DNA of 63,099 nucleotides, filler included, from Bonamia ostreae (GCA_040357525.1; 32 parts of 32 records of this genome joined end to end with filler, not necessarily neighbours in it), one strand, 5' to 3'; positions 10,098 to 25,668 are shown, counted from the whole stretch's first letter. Notes: generated by a model from the sequence alone, not told the origin. Numbers and translations: made by a program.

Positions 10098-11452
10098 CGT
10101 CATTTTCAAATCGCTTTAGAAAATCTTCTAAAACTGTTTTATTGTTGTACAGCACTCGCTCTATTTCTTCCGATTTTTTGTCATTCCCGAGAAACAACTT
10201 GAAAATATTGTAAGCCGAGTTTTGCAGATTCAACTGCTTCGACCGCAGCAATTCCATTATTTGGATCAGCAACGGCAACTCGTTCATATACTTAGCCAAA
10301 ACTTGTTTGTTTTCGTACGAAATCAGAATATCGTACAACAGCTAAAATGACATTTTGCAATAAAACAATCAACGTCTTTGTGACAGTAAAGTAATTTTCA
10401 GATTTGAGGAGATTAGAAAAATTGTGTTTGAAGATGAGGTCAAAGTTTTGTTTTAGGAAAGACGAAATTATTTTTTTGTGCACCGTCAAAAGCAACTATT
10501 TTTAATTGGGTCAATCTTTTTAATTAAAATCAGCCATTAATCTTATCCGATTTGCGGATTTTTCAACGCTTACACAAATCTCATAAAAAATCTGATTCGA
10601 TAAAACGGGACGACAAATTAAAAATCTCAAAATTAAAATGGGCGACAAATCAAAAGTCGACACATGTCAAAACAGTTTAAAGACGACGCAAATTTAAACA
10701 CTTAAAGCCATTTTATTAAAATTTAAAGCTTTCAGACACCTTATCACATATACTGGAAAATCCTAATACGGAAACTATAAGATGTACTTCTAAATCTAAA
10801 AACTCTCAAATTCTTGAACCCCTCCATTGCCAGATCCGTTTTGACGTTTCCGGCGTAATCGAAGAACCGATGAAGTCGTTCCGGCGAAAGAAACAATTCG
10901 GCCAAATCTTTGTGTTTAATGCATTCGCCGGTCATCGAACTGTAATACGTCGAAGAAACGTCATTAGAAATCCTAAAATAGCGATTCCAAAAACCCCTCT
11001 GTCAGAATGTCGACAACGACTTGGTTCTCCATAATGTACTCGACAAAATTGTTTTGGCGCGCGCGGTGCAAATAAAAATTTGCGATTTTGGTCAATTCGT
11101 TCTGTTGCTAGAATTTTCTGGTTTCGGGTAAAAACGGTAATTCCGAGAAGATGGAATTTTTTGAGCAGGAAAATGAAGAGTTTTGTGTTTGGATCTGTGA
11201 GCTCGTCTCGAAATCGTTTGACGTCGGCCATTTTCGGGTCGTTTTCTTCGTCTCCGTAAATCATCGTTTTCATCGTGGCCAAAATTTCCAGCACTTTTTC
11301 ATTGGTTTTCTGTAGTGCCTTCGTTTCGAGTGAGTTTTTAAAACTATTTGGCTTTCTTCGTCTTCGGCTATTCGCTCTTCTAAACTATCGATGAGCTTAA
11401 CGAGTTTTTTGCAAAGCTCTTTTGGTCTTTTTTTGACGAGGAGAAATGGCAT
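10098..11452 (-). CDS. CAB39: MO25/CAB39-like calcium-binding protein (multi-exon, 3' partial)
   Basis: MKTMIYGD, ECIKHKDLA, LLTVHK, LLKSENY, IFKLFLGN; introns of 26, 28, 22, ~308 and 25 nt restore the frame. Confidence 0.85.
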
Positions 11453-11949
11453 CTTGTGGTGTGTTTTTTGGGTTTGAAGATCCGTTTTCTTGTTTGAGTA
11501 AGATTTAGCTTTACGAATCAACAAATGTACATATATCGTAAAGTTAATGTCTTTCCATTTTGTTTTGTGAGTTCCACAAGTTTTGTTTCGTTTTAGAAGT
11601 CATTGTTTCGTGCGTAAACGCCTCACAAGAAAATCTTGTTGGAGATATCTTTGAGATTATTTGCGTTAGGGGATTTTATTTTTGCAATTTGACAACTGAA
11701 AAATTTAATGTCGAAAATTACTAAATGATGGAAAATTACTAATTTTCGAGTAGCATTTTTAAGTACCTTTATTTATGTTTATTATTGTTTGTTGCTTTCG
11801 ATTATTTTGGTTATTTTCGAATTGTATAACAAAATTGATTGCCACAATANNNNNNNNNNNNNNNNNNNNNNNNNNNNNNNNNNNNNNNNNNNNTTAATTA
11901 ATTAANNNNNNNNNNNNNNNNNNNNNNNNNNNNNNNNNNNNNNNNNNNN

Positions 11950-12198
11950 TTGAATGGCTTTGTTATCCAAAAATTGTTGTATGCTTTTGGAAAGTAGTTT
12001 TCTGTCTAAAGGGTCGTCTCTTGTACTATCATTCATTTTGTTCCCGGGAACGAACGGCTTTGCGTTAATATCCAGACGAAACATCTTGTCATCCTTCTCT
12101 GAAGTTTGAAACTTTTCATACCAATTACATTTCTGATACAAATTAATTGTTGGTAAAAGTAGATTTTGGTTGCCATAAAAATTTGAGTTTTGGGTCAT
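11950..12198 (-). CDS. Hypothetical protein with a PAM2 motif (3' partial)
   Basis: LDINAKPFVP matches the PAM2 consensus LxxxAxxFxP. Confidence 0.5.
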
Positions 12199-12294
12199 TG
12201 AAGCAGCTTCGGTTTATTTTTGAATTGTATTTTATATATTTATTGTATTATTTTGTATAAATGGTGGTAACATTAAGAGTTAATTAGATTGCAT

Positions 12295-13836
12295 TCAATC
12301 AACAATCAGAATTTCAGTTTCGTCTACATCTATCTCTTTATCATGCTCAAAATAGTTGTTTTCCGCCATTATCGAAACATCGGGAAGTTTCGTTCTCAAT
12401 TTCTTTTTTATAATTACGAAGTACCAAAAGATAGTAAAAACGCCTGTCAGAACAACCAAGGTTATAGAAACATATAAAATAAATGTTTTTTTGTGCCCAG
12501 CTGGGCTGCAAACATTTGTAAAAATGTTTTTTCTCTTATCCAATTCATAAAAGATTTTATCTTTCGAAAAATAATCTACCTCGTTAATCGTTTCATTTTC
12601 CAACGAGTTGTTTCTCTCGTCGAATTCTTTTTGTTACAATTAAAAAATGAAAAGCGTTGTTAAAATTAAGAACTTATTAATACTATTTTCCACCCATCTT
12701 GTCTTAGAAAATCTAGATCTTTTTTTGTATCTTGATTCACCATTTTTCCTGATGCTACGACCAACATTTTATTTTTAGAAACAGGCTTTCTCGAAACGAT
12801 ATTTTGCAAGCAATTCGATAAATTGGACTCTTCAAACCTTTTGACATACCTGAATCCATTCCTTATCGTTTGAATAAATCTAGAGATATCTTTGTTATCT
12901 GTTCGCAAAGTTTTAATTATTTCTTTTCCATAAAAATTGACGTCAAAATTTGAATTTTCAGAAAAGAAATAATTTGCGAAAGATAACATGTATCCTACCG
13001 TGTCAAGCTCATCATTCACTTTTCCTTCATTGTACAAAATATGTCCGGCTTCGTCCAATTTTAAAAGATTTTTCGATAAATCTACACAAAAACGGAGATC
13101 AATTTTACATTTTTTCGAGTTTTCGCCAATTCGAGATATTTTTAAAGGAACTTTACAATCGTTTATAGTCTGTGACAAATAAGTGTCGTTGCTTGTAATG
13201 ATGTATTGTTTCCAAGATGATTCTGAGACACGAATCTGTATGTCTTTTTGTTTTCTTGGGATGTACCCTTTTATCACGTTTTTGTAACTAAACAGATTTA
13301 ATGTTTCGTACTTTTGTGCATTTTCCGAATCTGCTTCAATACGAATTTGTATATCTTTATTAATGTGAATTTTAAGAATTACTTGTTTAATAAAAATTAA
13401 GCGAACCGTCAACAAAAAAATCGACTTGAGTGAAATGGAATATTCTGTTAAAAATGGAGGCATTTTCCTTAACTTCAATTTCCTCCAGAGAATGACTATC
13501 AAAATTTTCAAAATACGTTTTGTAAACGAGTTTGGTCGTCCCTTTAGGATATGTCCCAGTAAAAGCATTTTCCGTGTTTATAAAATCAACATTGGCCAAA
13601 AACTCGTTTTCAGAATTAAACGCTTCGAAGACTACGATTATGAAATCGTGGCACTGAAGTTGATTCAATAAAGGATTATCTGTAAAAAGTTTTGTGCAAT
13701 TTTCATCTATGACAGAGTTTTTTGGTTTCAATGCCCAGAATTTATCGCATTCGGCGGATCGGGATTTTTCAACGAGGGAAAAGCAGTCCATTTTCTCAGA
13801 ATTTATTATTTTCCAAATCATTAAAATCATCAAAAG
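12295..13836 (-). CDS. Type I membrane protein with a degenerate vWA domain, TM helix and acidic tail (5' partial)
   Basis: Three ORFs are joined by two GTTC introns; IDLRFCVDLS..SNLSNCL..KMLVVASG..LRQDGWKIVLI; TM FILYVSITLVVLTGVFTIFWYFVII followed by KKK. Confidence 0.6.
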
Positions 13837-16007
13837 NNNNNNNNNNNNNNNNNNNNNNNNNNNNNNNNNNNNNNNNNNNNTTAATTAATTAANNNNNNNN
13901 NNNNNNNNNNNNNNNNNNNNNNNNNNNNNNNNNNNNTGAATACAAAAAAAATCGTATTTAAAATAAAAAAAGAGTCTGTCATTTAACAGGTATGAGTCCT
14001 ACAGCAAGTGTAGCGAATATAATGTATTGTGTATCGTCTTACTGTAATTGAAATATTGTATTTAGATTTTTGAACAAGATTTATCGTTCTTTGCATCTAA
14101 AAAGAACTCTTCCTTTGTGAGGTATGTTAAGTCTGTGTTACAAGTCCGTGTCACGTTTGGCAGACGGATATACGGATTGAATTTAAGAGGGATACAGATG
14201 TTGTGTGAGACTTAAAGAATTGCATATGTAGAAGAAACGGAAACGTGGCTTGTCTTTTCAATTACTTTGTTGGGTTCGAACGATGCAAAAATTATGCTGA
14301 AAAAGACCTACACATTGTTTTAACAGAATAATTGTATTACTGGACAATGTCATGGTATGTTCATTACATACTTCTTCGTCACATTTCTCCCATATTATTG
14401 AAAGAAATCCTAAAAGAAGCAGAATAATTTGTTGTGAACATCCAGTATGTATCAGCAGACATCCAGAATCAAAATCCACAAGAAAAGACAAACTATCTTT
14501 CCCCTCAAACGTTTATAAACAAAATCACCTGTATATTGTTAAAATACTATAAGTTGATAGTACAAAAACCTGTGATGTGAAGAAGTGAACTTCAAGTAAA
14601 ATGCATAAAGTGTGTACATGTATATCAGTCTTCATAATAACCCAGTATTTTGAAGCATAATGGTGGTAAACATGCTAGTTGAGCTTTTAAAATTACATTA
14701 ACAGGCCAGCGAAAGCAATTATAAAAAAAATATTTCAAAAAATAGTTGGGCTTGTGGATCAAAATATTTACTGTGAAGATGTACATATCATGAATTATCT
14801 TACTGTCAATGTAAAGTGTGCATTTACATATAATTGTTGACATCGTTTTCTTCAGATGATTGTGTCAATTGCAGACAAAAGCCGTGTACGCTTAGAACAA
14901 TATAATCTATTCCATTGATTCCAGATTTGGATACTTATTTGTCAAAGGTATATCGATACATCTTCATTAATTCATACAAATGTAAAAAGAGGTAACGTAT
15001 TTGTTCGGTTAAACAGGTGTTCAGTTTGAATCGGTTCAAAGCGTATCGAAAATCATACATATGGGCATTGACAGATATCAAGTTTACACGGGTTTCCATT
15101 TTTCCGATGTTTAAAGACAAGTTTCAGTGTTGAAAGTGACATGTTCCGTAAACCTAGCATCAAGTATCATGATTCGGATGAACCTCCTTAGGCATATCAA
15201 CAGTCAGCAAGGGTTTTTAACCAACGCCATCCGTCTAATAAAGATGAAAACTTTTATATCATTTCATTAAAGAAGACAGTTTACCATTTACCTTGCGTTG
15301 ATGCTACATAGCAATCTGGCAGTGGTCATTTGGCCAATTTGCGGACTATTATTTTACGTGTACATGTATCTACATGTAAATGCGCAAATAGTAAACATGA
15401 AAAAATAGCACGATAATGTCTAAATATACATGTACAGTGTATGTTATATGCTTTTTCTCACAAACATACATTAGGAAGAGGAATGAGGAAGCATTCGAAA
15501 TATGTAGAAATGCAGCTATAATGAATTCAGTGATTAATATATGAAAGGTCATAACTTGACAGCCATATGATCTTATTGATAGACTGCAGTGCGCAATAAT
15601 ATATCCCTGAAATATAAGGCTCGTGATTGAAAATATAACACAGAAATAATTCTCATACGCAACATTATTCGTCTATCAGATGTAATTAAAAATACCAAGT
15701 TTACTTTTAAAGAAAAAATATATAGTAGGTCAAATCAATTATTCATTGTAATGATCAATAATATTGTTCCTTAGGAAGAATGGTACACAGTTTTTATATT
15801 TTATGTTGTTCTTTGTGTACCNNNNNNNNNNNNNNNNNNNNNNNNNNNNNNNNNNNNNNNNNNNNTTAATTAATTAANNNNNNNNNNNNNNNNNNNNNNN
15901 NNNNNNNNNNNNNNNNNNNNNCTAGATAAGATTTATTGGAAGTTGCTATTTTTTCTGATTTGAAATACAAATATACCAAACCTCCAAATCTGCGTTGCCA
16001 AGTCAAA

Positions 16008-17481
16008 ATGGCCGAATTTGAAGTAATTAACAATCAAAGCGCAAAAATAGAAACTTGGAGTGGCCTCTTTCCTCGCCCAAAATTGCAGTAACTTGGGGAT
16101 AACGCTTCCAACCAAAATCCAAGAAAAAGCTGTTCCGCTCATTTTCAACGGCAAAAATTTGCTGGGACAGGCAAAAACCGGTTCTGGCAAAACGGCCGCG
16201 TTCGCTTTGGTTCAAATTTTAACAAAAAGCCCATTCTCCAGAGACTCTCTGAAGACCCGTACGGCGTCTTCGCTTTAGTCGTCACGCCAACGCGCGAATT
16301 GGCGCAGCAAATCGCAGACCAATTCAGAGTTTTCGGGGTCGGCACAAATCTAAATGATTTGGTGGTGAGCGGAGGAAGAGGTTTCGCTATGTTGAACATC
16401 GCAGATTTGATCAAAGAGCGTTTGGCGTTGTCCGAAAAGCCCCACGTCGTCATCGCGACGCCGGGCAGGTTGGCAGAGCACCTAAAGAACGGCATCGAAA
16501 ATTGGTTTTCTCGCATAAAATTCCTCGTCCTCGATGAAGCCGATCGCTTGCTTTCAGATTGTTTTCGCGGAGATCTGAAAGTTGTTTTGGCAGCACTCCC
16601 TCCGCCGTCGAAAAGGTTCCGGCCCAAAAATTTAGGCAAACGCTGTTGTTCACGGCTACTTTGGATGCCAAGACAGCGCATATCGCTGAAAGCAAAAAAG
16701 ACAAAATAGAGCTAATAGAGACGTCGGACGAATCCCCGCAAGCGGTTGTTGCGGAATTAGAGACTTTTTTCGTTTTGGCGCCAAGAGCCGTAAAGGAATG
16801 CTACCTCTTTTCTGTTCTGACGCGAAGCCATTTAAAGCAGTCCGTCATCGTCTTCGTAGCAAGAAAAAAAGTCTGTGAGCTGTTGACGGAAACTCTGATC
16901 CAATTAGAAGTTGAAGCGGTATCCCTAAATTCGGATTTATCCCAGGTCTTAAATTTAATTTGCTGTTTTAGTTTTCGAAAAATGGATATGCTCATAATTT
17001 AATTTTTAAAAATTGCAAATTCTTGCAATGTCGCGAAAACAATTTTCCTTAAATAAGGCGAAACGGTTGGCTTCGTTGGGCAAATTCAGAGCTGGCAAAG
17101 CTCGAGTTTTAGTTTGCACTGATCTGGCAGCAAGAGGGTTAGACATCCCCGAAGTTGGGCTTGTAGTCAACTACAACGTGCCGCGTTCTGTCAAAGTTTG
17201 CAAAAACACAAAAAGGACTACATTCACAGAGTCGGCCGCACTGCCAGAGCCAAAAAAAGAGGAATAGCATTGACCATCGTCACACAGTATGAAACTGAAG
17301 CTCTTGAACACATTGAAGCGAAAACCGGAAAGAAAATCGACCCTTTCAAGGTTTTTGCAATTCATTTCCGAAGGCAATTGAGCCTGAAAAGGAGATTCTT
17401 AAGTGTCTGCACAAAGTTTCGACTGCGAAAAAGATTGCGAGACTCAGATTGGCACAGTACGCGATTAAAAATAATTTTTAA
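16008..17481 (+). CDS. DDX49: DEAD-box RNA helicase DDX49/Dbp8
   Basis: [61 protein letters not shown]; 7 introns inferred. Confidence 0.92.
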
Positions 17482-17534
17482 TGTCGAATTTTTAAAAAAT
17501 GAACATTGACAGATTTAGACCAATTTTGATATTT

Positions 17535-17686
17535 TCACCATTTAATTTCGGATCCGTCCAAAGTTAGAAAACTGCCCGTTTTTTCCGGTGCTAGCGTTGA
17601 AATGACTTTGAGCATACCTCGTACGCTTTGTTCTGTTGTCAAAGCAGCCTTTCCGCCCATTTTCACGAGTTCAGTTTGTACCCACC
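17535..17686 (-). CDS. Last exon of a CsgA/C-factor (sniffer-like) short-chain dehydrogenase (not in ORF track)
   Basis: GWVQTELVKMGGKAALTTEQSVRGMLKVISTLAPEKTGSFLTLDGSEIKW* matches the C-factor SDR C-terminus. Confidence 0.75.
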
Positions 17687-18271
17687 CTCAATTTTTATGG
17701 ATCATTCAAAAATTTATGGATCAATTTTCGATCATTCTTTCGTGTACGACATTCAGAAATTTGTCGACATTTTAAAAAATTTACGCAATATCGGACATTC
17801 AGNNNNNNNNNNNNNNNNNNNNNNNNNNNNNNNNNNNNNNNNNNNNTTAATTAATTAANNNNNNNNNNNNNNNNNNNNNNNNNNNNNNNNNNNNNNNNNN
17901 NNAACCCACTGTAATGGAAGAAAATTGCTCGGCTTTTCGTCTTGATACGGAATTGTTTCGGGCATCCATACTTCACTATCATACTCATCATAGGATGAGG
18001 ATGATCCCCATTGAGTACAAAAGGTCAAATATCAAGTAAACTGCACTCTTAGATAAGAAAATTACCTTTTGGGTCCCAAGTGAGAATTTCTTTTACCCAT
18101 AACATATATTCCAAAATGTATATTCGTGATATCTACTCCATTCCACTTGTACTCCATAGGCGTATATCAGTCCAACGAGAACAGTCAGAGTCTTAGCTGA
18201 ATGTGTAGATCGATTTCAAGAGATGAATATCCAGTATATGATATGAAAACGTGCATTTCATTTTTGTACAG

Positions 18272-18992
18272 GTACCTGAGTGTGACGACAGATTTCTTAT
18301 ATGCGGACCCAACTACGTATCCATCAGGGAATGTGTCACTCGGTGCATTTTAGGACAGTCTATGTTACCTTTAGAGAACGAACTTGCGGTTTGCATGTTT
18401 ATTTAGTATTATATTAATGGTCAATGCAGTTTACAAAATTAATATTTACAAAGAATTGTTTTATCAGCGTAGTGTTATGAATGAGTCTCCAAGTAGACTT
18501 CAAACCTAATTATTGTAAAACTGTTTTCACTTCATGATACCATCTGTGCTTCTTATGAAAACACTATACCTTTGTATTTTAAGTTCACTATACCATTGAA
18601 CAATTTAACCCCCGAAAATCATTATCAACCTCAGCTGCGGGTGACAATAGTTTTCTTTGGTGAAACAGTTTCAAATGTTACCCTAAACCGCATGTACTAT
18701 TTATCTATAATTATGTGATTTCATTTCATATTTATTTTCTTTTCCAGTGTCCTGAGTTATTACCCGATCAGAAAAAGAAAATGATATTGCTTGCAATTTT
18801 CAGAGAGGTCACTTTATCGCATTTATATCCCAAATCTGACAGAAAATTTGGCGTTGAGGTATGTATCTCAAATTACTTTTCTCTCTACGTATTTGTTTTT
18901 GCTTAATTAACCTAGTCTCAAGTTCAAGTTGTTTCTCTTTTCAGGGAATCAAAAATTTTCAGGAATACTTAAGGAATTTGGCATTTGATAAG
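18272..18992 (+). CDS. RNF213: Three internal exons of an RNF213 (mysterin)-like E3 ligase; host-type contig
   Basis: Phase-0 exons 18272-18388, 18748-18858 and 18945-18992 with pyrimidine-rich acceptors; DRFLICGPNYVSIRECV..LLAIFREVT resembles recalled RNF213 DYFLVYGDEYKALRDAV..LLTLFREV. Confidence 0.6.
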
Positions 18993-20216
18993 GTAAGCTT
19001 CTAGTTTGTCCATCTCAAATTCAATGTCAACCAATTTGTTAACGTCATATGACTTGGTATATTACCCATTTATCCTCCATGCAATCATTGTAAATACTAT
19101 TGCAATCTTACCTTGTTGTAGTAATAAGGTATCAAAACTTAATTTTCCATTGTCGGCTATGCCAGCTTTACGAATACAGATATAACAATCAACTAGATTT
19201 AACATAAACAAACAATGTAAAATATTACTATATTAGAATGCCCAGATAATCACTCACTACCCATATCTTTATTTGGATATCTTTTAACGAGATACTGCAA
19301 TATTTAAGGCTCGCCATATTGCGATGTCCTTTAGTAATCACTTTGTCCGCCAAGCCATCAACACTTACTTTGACATGAGATAATTCGAAGGTTCGTACAG
19401 AAGGTTTTCATAGATTTTATACATAATTACTTGGGTGTGGAAGAAAAAGACCCCTTCCGATTTTCAGATTTATCGAGCGCTTCCTATGACATGCAATAAC
19501 ATGAGAAGGTTTTCATAGAATTGTAATGTTCAGATGAGGAAGAGTGGCCCCTTTTGATTTTCAAATTTGTTGACTTTGTCACCAGTACTACGGAGTTATG
19601 TTATTTTCATGGCATGGAATAACTTAAGATTACACGATGATATTTTCATAGGTAATACTCATATTAGGCAGAGGAGGACCTCTTTCGATTTATCCGTCTG
19701 TCTGTTCGTCCGTCAGCACTTTCTATAGCACTCAATAACTTAAATTTAATTTTGCTAGGAAATATTTTCATCTGAAATATATNNNNNNNNNNNNNNNNNN
19801 NNNNNNNNNNNNNNNNNNNNNNNNNNTTAATTAATTAANNNNNNNNNNNNNNNNNNNNNNNNNNNNNNNNNNNNNNNNNNNNTTTATTTATTTTTTTTTT
19901 GATAAAAAATAACTTAAAATATTATTTAATTATAGAAGATTGATATTTTTTATTGTTTTGTTATTTTTTGAATTTTTTTATATTATTTATGAGTTTTGAT
20001 GTAAATTATTGTCTGAGATTTTTTATCATCATTGAAATGTAAATTTAAGGTTTTTATATTTTGTGTATTTTTTTATATATGTTTTATAAAAATATTTTTG
20101 ATATTTTTTCTTTTTTGAAAAACAAGTTTAGTCCGTTGAAACTATTTTCGAATTTTCAATTTTTGCGAAAAATTTTTAGTCCAAATAAAATTTTTATTTT
20201 TTTTGAATGAAAAATT

Positions 20217-20720
20217 TTAAACAGATTTAAATAAATCCCAATCACGCACTCGAAACTCACTCACAACGTCATTCAAGACGTCCGCACAACTTTCCTTTTC
20301 AGAAATCGGTCCGTTCACAGAAATGACGATGTCGGTGGCTACTTTTTTTACTCGAACAACAAACAGTTTTATAAATACTTCGCAAACTCTGCCGTTCCTG
20401 AGCATTTTCTGCTCTCCGCTACAAGACGAGACAAAGTTTGAATGTTGTCTCAAAAAGGGACTTATTTGTTCTTCGTTGTGATTGGAAATATCGAGTATTC
20501 TAAAATAGTCACTGCGGTTTTCTTTCGTTATTTCTTCGAAATGGAATTGGGCACTTTCCAAATCGTCTATTTTTTGATATTCTAAAAATTCGATTATTAT
20601 CGCTTCGTCTGTTTCTGTGTTGTGGAAAATCTCTTGGTTGTCAGGGACATCTCTAAATTTGCTCAGATCACTAAAATTTGGTGGGATTGCACATTCCGCG
20701 TAACCACCGAATATAAACAT
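20217..20720 (-). CDS. MOG1: Ran guanine nucleotide release factor Mog1
   Basis: IFGG..DLSKFRDVPDNQEIF..IIIEFLE..TDIVISVNGP..VRDWDLF. Confidence 0.9.
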   Translation of the reverse strand: MFIFGGYAECAIPPNFSDLSKFRDVPDNQEIFHNTETDEAIIIEFLEYQKIDDLESAQFHFEEITKENRSDYFRILDISNHNEEQISPFLRQHSNFVSSCSGEQKMLRNGRVCEVFIKLFVVRVKKVATDIVISVNGPISEKESCADVLNDVVSEFRVRDWDLFKSV

Positions 20721-22529
20721 CACGTAATGTTTTGAGTTTGTTAGTGGTTTTATATAAAACAAATGTGAACTGATTTCAATAATTTTTTATTAAAAAATGA
20801 GAATCGAAAATTGATAAAAACAATCAAAATTTTATTAAAAAATGAGAATCGAAAATTGATAAAAACAATCAAAATTTTATTAAANNNNNNNNNNNNNNNN
20901 NNNNNNNNNNNNNNNNNNNNNNNNNNNNNNNNNNNNNNNNNNNNNNNNNNNNNNNNNNNNNNNNNNNNNNNNNNNNNNNNNNNNAATGACCGATTTTATA
21001 AAACAAAAAATGATCGATATTATAAAAATCGATTTTACAGCTTTATAAAAAATCAAAATTGTCTTATTGAAACCAGAGCAATCAACGGAGATAACTATAA
21101 ATCGTCTCCAAATTAAATACAGAAACAAGTTATCACAATTGAAAAAAATATGTCTTTTGCGTCATCAATTTTATCACTGATATTTTTAATTTATCCTCAG
21201 TTGTTGTTTCGGTCAATCTCCAAATTCTGCACCGAAAAATATCGCTTTTTGAACTCGATAAAATGCTTTTTTCTCTCTTTTTCCATCAAAACAACAAATT
21301 CCTCAAATTCCTCGTCAATTCCATCAAAATTCTTTTCAAACACAAAAATTTGACCATTTTCGATTATTTTGTCAATTTTCTCACAAAATCTTTTGACCAC
21401 TTCAACAACTTTTTTCGCCTTCTCCAAATTTTCTTTCTTTTCACCAATTTTAAAAATTGCTCAAACTAAAACTTTGAGGGACTTTTTCCAAAAAATCAAA
21501 GCGATTTTCAAGAAAACGAGAACATTCGATGAAAGAAAAACGAGTTGCTTTGAAAATTGACCGAAAGTTGTCGAAGAATATTTGTCGACATCGAAAACTG
21601 ATTTTGCCATTTGTTCCATTTGGTCAAAATTTTTTGCCGTTTCTTCGCCGTCTTTAATGTTTTAACAAAATTTGAATGTTTAAGCAAAATTTGGATTCGT
21701 CTTGGCCAAATTTATTGGCGAAAATTTGAATAAAACTTTTTAGATTTTTGCAAGTTTTTAAGNNNNNNNNNNNNNNNNNNNNNNNNNNNNNNNNNNNNNN
21801 NNNNNNTTAATTAATTAANNNNNNNNNNNNNNNNNNNNNNNNNNNNNNNNNNNNNNNNNNNNTCTTCCTGCCACTATCTCAAATTTCGCATTTTCAGCAA
21901 TTTCTCTGAATTATTCGTTCTAAATAAGAAACACGTTATTCTAAATTTTGCAATATCAGCACTTTTTATTAATTGTACGTTCTCAATAAGAAACAAGTTT
22001 TAATAAATTTTGCATTTTGAGCAATTTTTATTAATTTTTCGTTCTAAATAATAAACAAGTTTTAATAAATTTTGCATTTTGTTCTAAATAATAAACAAAT
22101 TTAATAAATTTTGAATTTTCAGCAAAATTTGAATTTTAGTGAAAATTATTTGGTCAATTTGCGTTTTTTAGCAAAAAATTAGCAAAAACGGAATCCTTTT
22201 CAGTCCGAAGTGAATCCATTGCTTTTTTTAGCAAAAGTTTTAGATTATCGTTGTTTTTCGACATTAAAGTAATTTGCTTGGAATTTTATTAAAATTTTAT
22301 AAAAATTTTGGTTTATATTTTATTTAACGGCCATTTCATTTTGGTAACCAAAAAAATTACAAAAAGACCAAATTTTTATTTTAACCGTTAATTTTAACTT
22401 GTCTTCTATTTTATTTTTTAATTTTACCATTAATGAAAACTGTCTTTTAATTTTAACCGCTGCATTAGACAAATTTTTAAAAATTTTACTTTCAAAGAAT
22501 AAATATCGTATACAAAATAAGCGGTTAAA

Positions 22530-22779
22530 TAAATTATCAATCGTTTGCTCATTTACACTAATTCTGAAAAATTGATGATACACATTTAATAGAACAAGGA
22601 CAATAATTTTCTATGTTCATCAGACAATAATTTTGCGCTCCTTCGAAATCTTTCATTGCGACGAACAAAAAATTCGCTATTGTTTCGACTAAATATAAAG
22701 TAAAAACTAGTAGCAAAAGTAACAAACAACAACGCCAGCGATTACAGCAATTATTATTATGATCAAAGCTGCATACCAT
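22530..22779 (-). CDS. Small Cys-rich membrane protein, first exon(s); function unknown
   Basis: ATG, hydrophobic helix, then a Cys-rich loop. Confidence 0.35.
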
Positions 22780-23232
22780 GGAATTTCAATTTTAGCCATT
22801 TTTATTTCGAAACGTTTTATTTTGTTTTTATTAATTTAACATCGGTCCATTTAGAAACATTGCATTTTTATTTGGATGAATTTAAACAGTACATTTTTCG
22901 CAAATAGACATCATTTCAGTTAAAGAAACTTGGATAAACTAAAAAACGATATTTAAATTATTTTAAAAACCATTAAAGAAGGAATTGAATGTATAAAAAT
23001 TTTTAAAAATCAAAATTTATTGTTTTTAATACGAAATATTTATTTTCTGCGACAAATGAAGAAAACAGTTTCGTTTAAAAATAAAGACAGTTTTATAAAT
23101 AAAAAGGAATATTATTCCATGCACAGTTTTCAATAGCTGCAAACCCGATTAAAATTAAAAGATTAGTTTTGTTATACTTTTTGTGTATATTCACTGTAGC
23201 CAAACCACGTTTTGCTATATAACAATTTTAAA

Positions 23233-23741
23233 ATGAACATTTGCAATCATTTATACAAATTTATTGGTCCAATGTTGACGATTATCGCGTCCATTTTAAT
23301 CGCCGTTTCAGTACACTTTGAATATTCTGAGAATTCAACGATGGAAATTTTTATCAATAAGTTTTGTTTTAAGAGAATAAATCAATGCACTGTTACTGAT
23401 AATTGTGCTAGTATCCCATTCATTTTGTTGTTTGTTGGTTTTTTTTAATTTTTTTAAATTTAAAATTTTTGATTTTATAAAATTTTTTATTTTGAAATTT
23501 TTTGTATTGTTTGGACGATTTAAAATCGATCGATTGTAAAACAGTTTGAATTTTTTTAACTTTTAATAATTATTTTTAATAAAAATTATAAAAGTGTGTG
23601 GGTGCTTCATCATAGCAAACGTTGAGAATATAATTGGATCGATAAAATACAAATTTAGAGCGGCAACATCTTCTATAATTTCCACGCTCTTTTTTATCGC
23701 ATGTTTTTATTGTATCAAATCGATCATTTTTAACGTAATTA
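23233..23741 (+). CDS. Small multi-pass membrane protein with a claudin-like layout (3' partial)
   Basis: N-terminal TM, Cys-containing loop and second TM; two exons separated by an AT-rich intron. Confidence 0.4.
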
Positions 23742-23984
23742 NNNNNNNNNNNNNNNNNNNNNNNNNNNNNNNNNNNNNNNNNNNNTTAATTAATTAANNN
23801 NNNNNNNNNNNNNNNNNNNNNNNNNNNNNNNNNNNNNNNNNTTTTAATCTGTTTTACGTAACAAATTTTTATAAGCAAATGCGATCAAAACTCGATTAAA
23901 AGGACCAGAAAACTGTCGAAAAATCGATGATAAAATAATATATATCTAAAGTCCATATAAAAGTTATATTGCGATCCTTAACTA

Positions 23985-25668
<1,684 letters not shown>

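Noticed and set aside
8671-18992. Parasite DUB and RNF213 as a linked locus or system
   Set aside because: They lie on different contigs from different organisms, and the proximity comes from size-sorted concatenation.
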